A DNA stretch of 62,814 bases, counting the filler, from Rhabdomonas costata (taxonomy: Eukaryota), in NCBI GenBank assembly GCA_019059605.1. It is 16 parts of 16 records of this genome, joined end to end, with 100 filler letters (N's around TTAATTAATTAA, not from the genome) between each part and the next. Parts side by side here need not be neighbours in the genome. Positions count along the whole stretch, not along the records: positions 51,165 to 54,990 come from JAHMHO010000501.1; positions 55,091 to 58,903 come from JAHMHO010000502.1; positions 59,004 to 62,814 come from JAHMHO010000503.1; 13 more parts are not named here. One strand, given 5' to 3'. Below the pieces are notes generated by a model. The model was not told the DNA's origin. It worked only from the letters and a program-made list of their open reading frames with translations, and did no database searches. Positions 51,773 through 62,814 of the stretch are shown here, piece after piece. The translations under genes and the position numbers were made by a program. Numbering within the stretch: position 1 is the first letter of the stretch; each line of letters begins with the position of its first letter.

Positions 51773-54721
51773 CAGCTCTTCGGGCTCCGCAGGGGCCTTC
51801 GCAGAGCTGTAGCCCAGTCCATCCACCACGGCCTTGGTCATCGCCAGGGCCTGCTCCGAAAGGAGATTACCAAAGGCCATACATTCCACTCGGACCGAGG
51901 GGTACACCACCTCCTTCACAAAACGCTGCAGCTGGGCCACGGTGAGCGGCTGAGCCAGAGCAGCGGCCGAGTGGAGATCCGTGCGGTTGTAGGTCGGGGT
52001 TCGGGTAAGCAGCTTCGCGTAGTAACTTTTCAGGTCGACCGAAGGTGTGGAGAAGTCCTGCAACGCAAAGACATTTGACGCAGAACAGCACAACAGCGTG
52101 AAAAGAACATCTTTTGGGAGCAGAGTAAGGACTTGTGTGAAAAGGGAGAGAAAGGGGCAAAGCACTCTGTTCCATGGAGGTTTGGGTGCATTCCATTGAG
52201 AATGGGATTACAACTGGGCACCCCCCAAAAAAAGGTGTGCGCGAACCGCGTTGTAGAGGTCCTGCTGGTACTTCTCCACCAGAACGTCCAGCCGTGCCTG
52301 CGAGAACCCCTCCGCGGGCACCCCTCCGCTGCCTCCGGTGATGGTCTGCAGGGCGGTGGCCAGCAAGGTCTGCAGGGAGTCGGAGTACCCCAAAACCCCC
52401 AAGGAAAGCCCCGTGGAGGTCGGGGCGAAGGAGTACGACATCCCCGCAAGGCTGGCCAGGGCGGTGGACTCCTCCTTTTTGTGTGCAACGGACATCTCAC
52501 AAGCTGCAATTCACTACATGCCCCCCCTATTGAAGATCTGAAGGCAGGCGGTTTAGAGGTGTCCCATCATCAGAAATATCAGAAATATAGGAACTATAGA
52601 AATATAGGAAATATAGGTGTTGCAAAGCCCTGAAGAAATGTTCGCGTGACCGTAAGCCCAAATTGAAATCACGCAGCGTTCACTGAAGCAAATTGCAAGT
52701 CATGAATGTCTCCGGTGTGTGTGCAGCCTTCAGAGTAGCACTGGAGAGCATGGGTGGAAACTAATTGAAGGGGGATCCGCCATAAAGAGAATCAACCGCC
52801 CCATTGTCTCTGGTTCCTAATGCGTTTTGGCTGGCTTTGAAATAACGGAGAAATGCGCGCCAGAATCGGAACAGCGGCGACCTAAGCCAGCACGTCCATG
52901 CGCAGCAACGCTTTATCAAACACACAGTGAGTTGAGTGTAACGGGTAAACACTGGTACGGATACTGTCAGGTACCGAAGTTGGCTCGAATCCATATCACG
53001 GTCTAACACGCTGGTCTCGGTTAGGCGTTAAGATAAAGGCAACTCTGGTCCCAACCCAACCAGGACTTCCCCTGTGAAACATGGGACATCGGTTGCCTCG
53101 GCGCGCTTAAATACGAGTCTCGTGAAACTTTGGATGCTACTGGAATGGGTCAAACACGGGCATTCTTTAGTCGCCCCTTTCCACAGTTCATGGTAATGCA
53201 CTGCTTTCGGTCTCTTTTGCCTTTGAACACCATACAACCACAAAGACTTGAGGCAGCTTAGACGGCGCACACATCCAGTTTTTTTACAAGATGTCTAGGA
53301 CCTGGGAGCGCAACGCAGCGACCATAGGTGCGTCCCCATCCCGCGATGGGACCTCCACACCGAAGAAACAAAGAAAGCGTTCAAGGAATCGCGACGGATG
53401 CCATGGGTGTGGGTTTCACCCATCAGAGTGGAGAGCGCAGTTCATTGAGGGGGGCTCCAGTGATATCGAGTGATACGAATAGTATCGACGGTGAAGCTTA
53501 TCCCGTGTCTCCGGTGCCTCATACAATTAGCCTGGCGGTTCACATGGTGTGACCTACGCCAACAATACCATCCGCATGGACGGTTTGACAGAAACACACA
53601 CTCTAGCGAGACTGTCTATTTGCGTGCAGACAAAAAACGCGCGCCAAGCAATGCGCAAACAAGCAACGCGCAAAAGCCACCCAGCAAACGTTACCACTGT
53701 GACACCAACGCAGGTCGAATATCTGGCACGTGGAGTCTGGCGCCACACAATAATTGATTCTTTTAAAAATGAAATTATTGAGGTTACGGCCGAAAACGTT
53801 ATTTACAAAGCCTTATTTGCTTCGGGTTCGACGACAACTCAAATACGTCACAAAAGTTCCTCTCAGTTCGACGCCATGACTCACCACTACCAGCTTCACA
53901 GGGCACATTCCAAGCGGTGCCCTCAGCGGACGCACACAGATACCAGTGCGTCATTCGCTACCATGGTGAAGATGTCGGCTAAGGCTGCGGTGGTGCTGTT
54001 GCGAGGCACCTCCGCAGTGTCCCACACGCACTGGAAGTATGCCTTGGGCAGCGCGAACTGCGTACTGCGGCCGTACCACAGCGCAGCCTCACTGAACGAA
54101 AAAGGTTGAAGACACACCACGGATGTCATTCCGCACATTTCCACACTCATAGCAACATGTCAGACCAATCAGGCTTACTACAAAGGAAGGCAGCAACAAT
54201 CGTGTAATAACTCACATCAAGCTAAAAAAAGCGACTGCAGAGGAGTGTACTACCGAACACCGCAAAGCCTGGTCGCGCGAAAGCCATAGACAGGTGGGGT
54301 CGCAAAAAGTTCAAACGCAAGGGTACGGGAGATAGGGAGGGATAAGGCGCGCAAAACCCGCACGGGAGGGGGCGGGGGGTCTCAGGGCGCTGAGCTGATA
54401 TATGTGACCGAATGTGGAGCGCCGCGCGAATCACGGCGGGCCATTCTCCCACCAAACGACGGTCCCCATTGAGTGTACAACGACGATCAAAAGACACAGC
54501 TCCGGTGGGTACCTGCCCGCCAGCAGCTCCACGGGGGCCGAGCCATTTGGCCACAGGGGAAGCACCGTGAGGTTTGTAGGGAGGTACTGGTTCGAGGGCG
54601 GGAAGGCCATCTCCGGTCCGGCGGTAACGCTGGACCACGCCGCAATCAGCTCCGCCGGAATGGGTTGGTTCTCGTACGAGACATTGAAAAAAGGCTCGAT
54701 GAGGGGCAAGGGAATGTTGGG
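51773..54721 (-). CDS. Insulysin-like M16A metallopeptidase, internal exons 54721-54513, 54091-53944, 52474-52247, 52057-51773
   Basis: EPFFNVSY...IP......W, PPSNQYLPTN, LWY....F.LPKA, ASLAGMSY.....GL.L.V.GY.D, ECMAFGNL match the IDE middle domains; phases consistent. Confidence 0.87.
52924..53002 (+). pseudogene. tRNA-like cloverleaf (degenerate tRNA or head of a tRNA-derived SINE), antisense in an insulysin intron
   Basis: Acceptor ACAGTGA/TCACGGT (6 of 7 pairs), D stem AGTGT/ACACT with GG loop, GGTAC/GTACC stem with an oversized loop containing CTGTCA, B-box-like GGCTCGAATCC. Confidence 0.5.
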
Positions 54722-55150
54722 CTGAGGGAGAAAGGGAAAGAAAACAAAGGAGCAAAAGGGAGAAGGAGCACACACATGCACGTACACACACTCACACCCA
54801 CAGGCTCGAACAAGACTACAACCAGAGGACGGTGTGGTTCCCATTTCACGGCGATCTGCATTTTATCGATCCTCTCCGGGGCCAAAATTTTCTCCTTTTC
54901 GTCTGGAATTACATTCGGACTATGAATACATTCGGGAAACCCAACCTGGGGCGACCCCCATCTTCCCGCACCCCCAACACACCCACCACANNNNNNNNNN
55001 NNNNNNNNNNNNNNNNNNNNNNNNNNNNNNNNNNTTAATTAATTAANNNNNNNNNNNNNNNNNNNNNNNNNNNNNNNNNNNNNNNNNNNNTCGCTGCGTG
55101 TGACTGCGGTAAGAAGCGGCGCAAGGCGAAAAGGGCAACCAAAGGGGCAC

Positions 55151-55614
55151 CGGCCGACGGTGAAAGGTCTGGAAACCAAGGGAGGGACGGGCCACACAGC
55201 GTTTCGGGAGACCTGCTGCATACTCAACGCCTGTTTTTGCCTTATCGCAGCGGCAAAAATGATGCCTTTTCGCCTTCAAAAGAAGACAGACGGAGACAGA
55301 TACAGACAGATGGAGACAGAACGCCCCGTATGATAATCAGTGAAAATGGTTGAGGTTGGATGTTAGATGTCATTTTTGTAAACTGTGGGTACTTTCGGCG
55401 ACCAGTTCAGAGCTGCCAGTTAGTCAAAAGCGAAAAGCCACCGCAAAAAGGGAAGGGTTAGTACGCACAAAAAGTGCAAATTAACAACAAACGGACACCG
55501 CCCGGGCATTTGAGCAAACAGTAGGCGGGAAATTGCAACCCGCTTGCGGCGGTGGCTTCGGCAGGCGCAGCAGCCTCTTGAGCAGGATGGTCCGGCGTAC
55601 CCGGGGCGCCAGCA
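55151..55614 (-). CDS. Two short in-phase exons of an unknown basic protein (55614-55540, 55212-55151)
   Basis: AG/GT-bounded GC-rich segments; reading frame chosen by codon bias only. Confidence 0.35.
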
Positions 55615-58600
55615 CTGAAGGAAACGAAGCGGGAATAAGCATGTAATAGTAGGAGTAAACCCCTGCAAACATCCCCGTCTGACGTCAACTAGGCAGAAAA
55701 ACTCATCCGGCACATTGTGTCAATAAATCATGTCCCGGAATGGGATTTTTCAGTCGTGCAGCTAAAAGCGCCTCTAACACCGGAAATTCAACTTCAACTT
55801 ACCAATCGTAGTTCTCTACAGATACCCACTGAATTCGGCAGTGGAATGCGGCGATAATCAGAAAAGTTTTGCAACAGAAACGTCTTTATCCCTGAGACGG
55901 GGAAATCATACGTCTCATCGCACAGGAGGTTGGAAAAACACCCTTCTGCGCCATGGCCTTTGTCTGCTCTAGTGTTAACAAGACAACGTGCAAAATGAAA
56001 CTCCTGAGTCTTCCATCGGTCGCCAATGTTCGCTTTGAACCAACGTTGTCGTCATACTAAAAAATCACAAGAAAATGAAAGCTTGGTCACCTCACCACGG
56101 CAAAAATTGATTACTTGGATTCCTTTTCCTGTGTCGCAGCCTCCGCGGCGGTACCGGCAGCAGTCGCCATACTTTTGCAGACGAACGAAACAGACAGAAG
56201 GGGAGAGAATGGGGAGAAAATACAAATGAAATGAGCAGCCCAAGAGGGCTTCTGAACTGCAGATGTGACCACAGAGAAAGGGTGAAAATCAAATCAACCG
56301 CAAATCCCGTTCAGGTCTCAAGCACATTTTCGGCTAAAGTCCAACAGTCAGGTTCCAAATCGACAGCAAGCCTTTTGCTTCAAAACAAAAAGGAAGCTAG
56401 CCCCTGAAAACGGGTGAAACATTTCGAGTTTTTGAAACTAACTGAGTCATCTTCAGTGATTATGAATTTGTACCAGCCAAACACAACTTGTCGGTTGTAA
56501 AAACGTCCCAAAATATCACAGGACCCGCAAAAAGGCGCGGGTCATGAGGAATTTTAAACCGCGATGAATCATGAAAAATCATGTTGGAAACATGGAAACT
56601 TAACCCCTCAAAATCAGACGCTGGCACATGTTTGACCCTGAGAGCGACATGTTCGGAGAACATGGCTGTGGCCTTGTCAACATCCTATGGCGAATGCTCC
56701 ATAGTCAAATTACACAACTCCTTGAAAGAGGGTTTTGTTCAGCTGGTTGCGCCCCTGTGCAGCTTCAGTTTTTTAAAAGCCAAGCTTTTCCTTCCTCGGG
56801 CGTCACTTTGCGTCACAGGGTTTTGGTTTTGTCACAAGGAAGTCCAGGCTAAACCAACACCACCTTTCAGTTGGTGCAAGGATAATTTTGCTTCTCCTTG
56901 TAAATCTGTGTGAAAAATGCTTCTAGCAAAAGAAACAAAAAAAGTAAAAGTTAGAAGTTAGTGCCATTAACAAGGGTTTAATATTTCTTTATCAATTATT
57001 TAACGGGAATGGAGTGGGGTTGTAAACTTTTAGACACGGCAGGAGGGAATATTTATAACGGGGGGATTTTTGAAACTCAATGAAGGAGAGTTGAGCCGAT
57101 TCAAACGTTTAAAAATAATATACTTTGCAAACTTTCTAGCTTCCACATTAAGGAACTGCTGTGAAGTAATGCATTGTTTCAATGCAGTACCAGTAAGTAT
57201 TTCGGTCGTGCGTCAGCAGGAGTCGTGGTTCGTTATCACTTTTCAAAGGTATGCATTCCAATGTGCAAAATCCCCTCACTAAACCTGATGCTCACTACTA
57301 CCCCTTTTTACATGTTTATCTATGTAGAGTTTGGGGGAATTGAGTGCTTCTCGTTTTCCCATTTTGCTTTTCCGATTCCATATTCCCTTTTCATTTTATT
57401 CCACGTTCAATCGGATTAGTGGATGTTTTTTTTATTAATTTAACTTCTTGTTGCTGTATAAAGCATGATTTAATTGAAATGAGTTTCCAACCCTGGAAAA
57501 GGGTTGGATAGGGTTGGGGGGGGGGGTCACCAAAGAAACGGGATCCCCCAGAAGCTGCTAAAATGAGTTGGTATTGCTTCAGCTTGTCTCTGCTTTTTCT
57601 TTCAAATGTGGTGGTGATTGCGGGGAAGAATGGGCTGCCAGTGCTCATCAGAGCCCCACCCAGAGCAAGGGGACCAGCTGAATTCTGCAGCCGGGTCCCT
57701 TGATGCAGCGAATGCCCTTAATCCTTCCAGCCAAGCAGTGGTCCTGTCCCCTCCCTCTGCCCCCACACTTCAATTTTTATTTTCCTTTCCTTGGTTGTCA
57801 TTGTGCCTCCATTTCTCATACTCCTGCTGTTTTCCCGCCTTGCTTTCATCGCACCTGTGAAGGAAACGTCAGAGGCCCAGAAAGGCAAATGTCAATTGGA
57901 AATGCCCACGGTTCCGGGGAAGGTTCTCAGCCGGCTTGAGGAAAGATGACCACTCCCTAGAGAACCGAAAAAGTCTGCGTTGCGATTCGGTCATCTTCCT
58001 CTGTTCACAGGCGAAAGAAGCGAAAATATGTACAAAAATTTATACACCGCCGTTAGAAACATGGATAGGTTTTTACATTGCCGACATAAAAAAATTAGGA
58101 AAATTTTATGCCACCGCGAATATTAAGATAAGTTACCGCACCCCCACAAATATTTTTCTAGCACCGCTGTTATTATTATTTTTGCATTTTTGCATTTTTA
58201 TAGCATCGCTATAAAATGTTTCTAACGTTTCCATGAAAAGGGACAAACTTATCTGGTTGCAACACTATCTCTTGCAGCAAATGTTGACGTTGTTGAAAAC
58301 TGGCACCTTGCTTTGGCAGACAAGGGACAGAAACATTTAATTTTTTTAAAAAAAATTTAAGCTCTTCTGGAAACATAAAGCGAAAGTTGTCACCTGGAAG
58401 GAGGGGGATGGACTTAGGGACGAAGCCCTTCTTCTGTAAAAGTTTGGATTGAGAACGAATAATTGGGGTTGCAGCTAAAGGGTAATCAACGATTAACTTG
58501 ACTGAACATGATTGCCAACCCCCTAAATCTGGTTCAGCGCCAAGGTTTACGAAATTCATTCATTGGCTACGCCTCTCAGATTTGGTAGACGGCGATAGAT

Positions 58601-59003
58601 GGCCATAGACGGCCCTATCACATTCACAGAACACCCTCGGTGAACCCTCTGGTCAGGTTGTCCCGTGTGAGCAAGCCAGTCCCGTTGGCGTCACGGGGGC
58701 TTCTCACCCTTCTTGCCCCGCCGGGGCTGTCTCTGGCCCTCCGGAGGTGCAGTCTGGTGCAGCTTGCTCTTCCCCGGAGGGCGCATCCACTGCAAGCAAC
58801 CCTCCTTCTGCACAGGTCTCTTGAATAAAAGTTAAGCGCAGCACCTTTATCTCTCTCTCTCTCTTCGATTTTTCCCTGCGCAATAGAGGCCGTCACAACC
58901 CCTNNNNNNNNNNNNNNNNNNNNNNNNNNNNNNNNNNNNNNNNNNNNTTAATTAATTAANNNNNNNNNNNNNNNNNNNNNNNNNNNNNNNNNNNNNNNNN
59001 NNN

Positions 59004-59775
59004 GTGGGTTGTGTGGAGGACATCCTGAGAGGCGGTCTGCAGAAGCACTGCCACGAGGACACGGGCTATTTCGGGTACAATGCGAGAGAGAGGGGGGTGG
59101 GGAAGACGCTATTCGGGGTGTATTGTATCTGGAGAGAAGTGTGGCACCACAGGTGTTGGGCAGTACTGAGGAAAATTTATTTGGTCCCCTTGACGTTCAG
59201 CAGCCTCTGCTTTCCGCTTTGAGCTTCAAGGTCACCGTACTGGTTACGGAGTGCGCCATGTGTGACCTCATTTTCGAGTTTACTGTGAATGGCAGGACAT
59301 TACTTTCTGACGTGTGCAGGAAACATTACATCGCCACATGGCGCATTGGCGCTCTCGCTGTCGCTTGTTCTAGTAATGCTTCGGGGTTGGGGATGTGCCA
59401 CCCCATAGGCATGGCTGCTACACCACCCTAAGCCTGGAGTACGCCGCAATGTACGCCAGCGGGGAGCTTTCTGCGGAAGGAGTGAGGCCGATCAGCGCGG
59501 ACGGGTGCTGGCCAGTGATTGTATTCGCGGCGGCGGTGGGGCTGGCCTACCCTGTGACCCGAGCCAAGGCCTACGCCACGCCACAGGACAGGCACAGCTG
59601 CTCGAAGTTCTTTGGAAAGCCTCTGTTCAGCGGAGCGGTGGATACCCACGTGGCGGGGGTGGCCCTGGGGTTCGGGTTGCAGGCCGCACCCGTTGAGGAG
59701 GTGGAGTACCTCGAGCTGGTCAGCGCAGAGACTCAAGCCCTGCACCCCTTGGCCGTACTGTGGGTGAGGAAGTGA
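59004..59775 (+). CDS. PARP-like ADP-ribosyltransferase catalytic domain at the C-terminus; exons contig start-59074 and 59409-59775
   Basis: The splice creates DTGYFG/HGCYTTLSLEYAAMYA (cf. G.FG.G.Y......A..Y), then VIVFAAAVG, DTH and EYLELVS....ALHPLAVL (catalytic-Glu strand and Q..P.Y.I-like tail). Confidence 0.65.
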
Positions 59776-60580
59776 GTGTGAAGGGGCACTCACCCAGAGA
59801 TGCCCGCGTAATCTTTTTTCCAGAATTCTCTGATTCGAGTCTTTACGCATGTATTTTACCCAGGGACGCTAAACCCAGTGGCGCATACTTAATGGAATGT
59901 CATTGGGGTGATTTCGCTTACAGTCTGGGTCGGTTGGGGATCTGCCGTTGTAGTGCGGGGCTAATGTGGCAGGCACAGGAAGTGATGTCCAATGATGTCA
60001 TCGTCGTCGGACAAGCTGGTCCTATGCACTTCAGACAGAGAACCTCGTATGTCTTCTCCGCTGGAAGGATTAGCGAAACTATTGCTCCAAGCGGAGAATT
60101 CGGAGAAGGTGATTCATATTATGAGCTCTAAGACAATGTCGCAACAAAGATTTTATGTATGATTACGCGTGATTTTATGTATGCATGCACACAACCCATT
60201 AGGAAGGTTATGCACAGGTGAGGGCGAAAAGAGTGCTGACGTTTGCCTGAAATTTCGGAATAGGATCTGCATTTGATCAAAAAGTGATTCCCGTTTGGGG
60301 TGCTGGTCACATATAAATCCCAGATTGGTGCACCTATATTTTCACGTGTCCAGTTTATACACTTACCCCCCTCTCCAATGTGGTTCAATGTGGTTCTTAA
60401 GATAGTGGCGTGCCCGCTCCTCACATAAATGTTCATTGTTCGCTGCCGTGGGCTCGGCGATGCTTTATGATGTCGTTTGCACTTCAGGATCTGCAATTCA
60501 TAGTTTTTGTTAGCTTGTCATGTGCTCAAATTGAGAGGAAAGGGAAGAAGAAGGAAGGAGGGTGAGGGTGCCTCTGAAAT

Positions 60581-61912
60581 ATGGAGTCCCTGTCCTCGCT
60601 AGCTGCGTCCTCGAGTTCCCTGTTGTCAACGGTGAACCGCGGCGCGGTCGATTCCCGTAAGCAGCTCATACGGGAGACCTGGGCGCGACTGGAGCGCTGC
60701 GGTGTGTATTGGGTGGAGAACTGAGGGGGCAAGGGATGTGGAGGCTATTTATTCTCTTCTTTCTCGTTCCTTTCCAAAAAAAATAAACACCCTTTGGGCG
60801 ACAAGGAGGTCTGACTCTTTGTCCGTTTGTTTGTCAAACGCTGTTCTTAGGGACTTGATCACTCAATCTCAGCTGCTAAGCCAGTGTGCATATGGACAGC
60901 CCCACTCAGGGCAGGCAATATCAGTGCAGTCCCAAGGCAAGGGCGAAATTACGGCCGCCTTTGTGAATATTTGCTTGTGACAATGGACAATGTTCTGATT
61001 GCACTACTAATCTCCGCCTGCTTCAGGATTCTGGTGTGTTTTCCCTCGACGTGTTGTGGCGTACTGTACTGTCGTGGTAGTTGGCATGAGTTGGCAATAC
61101 TGCGCTCATTACCCTTGTATTCTAAGTGTTTTCGCGTGTCCTATCTTCCAACCCACCCTCCTCGCCTCGCCACCCTTGCGGCATTCTGTATGACCGCGTT
61201 TGTGTGGATCCATCCCTTTCTGTCCTGCCTTACGTTTTTTGCTTTCTATATGGGCGGGAAGTTACCCACACACACACACACAATGTTCCTTTTCTTCTTC
61301 GAAAGACCTATTTGTACACGCGGTGACACTCGGTTGCGGTTTCTCGTGCCATCACTCAAAAAAAGGGCGACCGAAACCCTTCGGGGCTGAGGTCCCCGTC
61401 CGGTGCACCCTTTTTGGAATGGAGGAGGCCTCGGCCGAGGAGCGGGGCCCGGTGGTCCGGAAGGGTGCATGGGCGGGCCGAGGTGGAGCTGCTGGGACTG
61501 TGGAGGAACCTGAGGGAATCAGTTCCTCAGGGGCGAGCAGTCCGCAGCTGCCCACTCCTGACAGCGGAGAGCCCTTGGTACCCTCCTCCCGCTCCTCTAT
61601 GCGCGAATGTGCGCATGCACAGAACAATGGACATCTACTTACCTATGTCCAATCGAATGAGGTTCGCGGCTGGTTTGTTGTGCACAGCTTGTGAGCAATA
61701 TGGTCGATCTTCTAACCAATGAAGTTATAGCACACTCCCAAGGGGTGTCGGAAAGACTGGGCGCTGTGCGCTACGCAGGGGAGTGGGTGCGGACAGCCCT
61801 TTTTGGATGCCAGTGTGTGCGTGCGTGCCTTTCCCAGGAACCTGTGCCGAGTGGCGCCATGGAGTACGCCCAGGACATCGCCACCCTGCTGGTGTGCAAA
61901 GGCCGTCGCTCG
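60581..61912 (+). CDS. Uncharacterised protein, exons 60581-60701, 61366-61577, 61838-61912; 3' part missing
   Basis: ATG and three exons joining in phase (1,0) with GT-AG borders. Confidence 0.55.
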
Positions 61913-62814
61913 GTATGGGTGGCTCTGTGTTGGCGGGGGGAAGGGTGAGGAACGGCGCCCAATAGGGAGGGTTTGAGCTGCGAAGCAAGTTGATAGAAGA
62001 TTGAGTGGCGGAGAGAATATTCACTGATTCACTATTTACGGAGTGTTCTTGGAAGCAATTCAAAAATAGAAACGGAACCTCAAACTCAACCCCCCTCGGG
62101 CACCACGAATGAACGTTTACTGTTTGCGTCTGCACACACGTCTGCTGCAGCCTCAGCGGTACTACTTCCACTTTCATACGCCCCTTATCTCTCCCATCGC
62201 TTTTTGCAAGACGTGTGGAATGACAAATGACGGTCCTTGTCTAGCTGCAGTTCAGGATACATTTAGTACAGGGTCGTCAAATTCCGTTTTAGGTGGAGGA
62301 TCCTCATGCCGAGCTCACCCGAAAGTTGTTGGCTCGCTCTCGGCAGCTGGAGCAGTGCAAGGTGTATTTCCCTTCACTGCCCCATTATCATCCTTCTCTG
62401 CTCTCTCCACAAAATACGAAAGAGCCGCCAAGGGGCACCATAGAATTCTGACCCCAAGGACCGGCATGCAGCGTTTTGGAGGGTGGCTGGCCAAACCATT
62501 CGGCAAATCAGCAAAAAGGGGGAAGGGTAGAAAATTCTCACCACCCAAGCTAAAAGCGCATCGGGATAAATGATTCCACACGCTGTCGCAGCAGCAATGG
62601 CAACACCACCACCCAACATACAGTTACAGTACTACTGGTCTATTCTAAAGTATATTTAACCATTTTTAATGGGACACCCTGTACATAAGACCGCAGGCCT
62701 GCTTCGGCTTAGCCCTCCTTTTTCCTTGGTTTGTGCTCTCTCCACTTTGTCAGGCAGAGACTGAGTACACGCTTTGTTTAGAAGAGTGGGTAACTTGGCT
62801 CGCCACCCACCCCC

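Noticed and set aside
60581..61230. Globin-like phrases KQLIRETWARL and ILYDRVCVDPSL
   Set aside because: The second phrase lacks suitable splice borders and the in-phase next exon (61366) is not globin-like

Overview
This is not one locus. The window is 16 unrelated ~3.8-kb contigs joined by 15 artificial 100-bp linkers (N44-TTAATTAATTAA-N44), plus three internal N gaps. The DNA is nuclear sequence from an intron-rich eukaryote, probably a flagellated protist since it has delta-tubulin. Exons are short and GC3-rich, introns are mostly 0.1-1.5 kb with CA/GT microsatellites, and the genetic code is standard. Most contig ends carry G/T-only or C/A-only tracts typical of whole-genome-amplification primers, so chimeras and base errors must be kept in mind. 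Hand splicing (phases checked) gives partial genes for DAG lipase, delta-tubulin, DDB1, an enoyl-CoA isomerase/hydratase, isoaspartyl peptidase/asparaginase, an ankyrin protein, mitochondrial intermediate peptidase, a GT8 glycosyltransferase, a Cys-rich modular protein, a papain exon, a DEAH helicase, an F-box protein, an LDH-like malate dehydrogenase, glutamate 5-kinase, an insulysin and a PARP-like domain, plus unknown genes and decayed transposons. The most notable signals are an atypical splice-site grammar (pyrimidine at donor +4, GC donors, A-tract AAG acceptors), a delta-tubulin with no in-frame ATG (ACG start or a GT-AC intron), genes apparently nested in or interleaved with antisense genes, and an MDH with an apicomplexan-LDH-length insertion in its specificity loop. 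All family calls come from motif recognition by eye; no database search was run.
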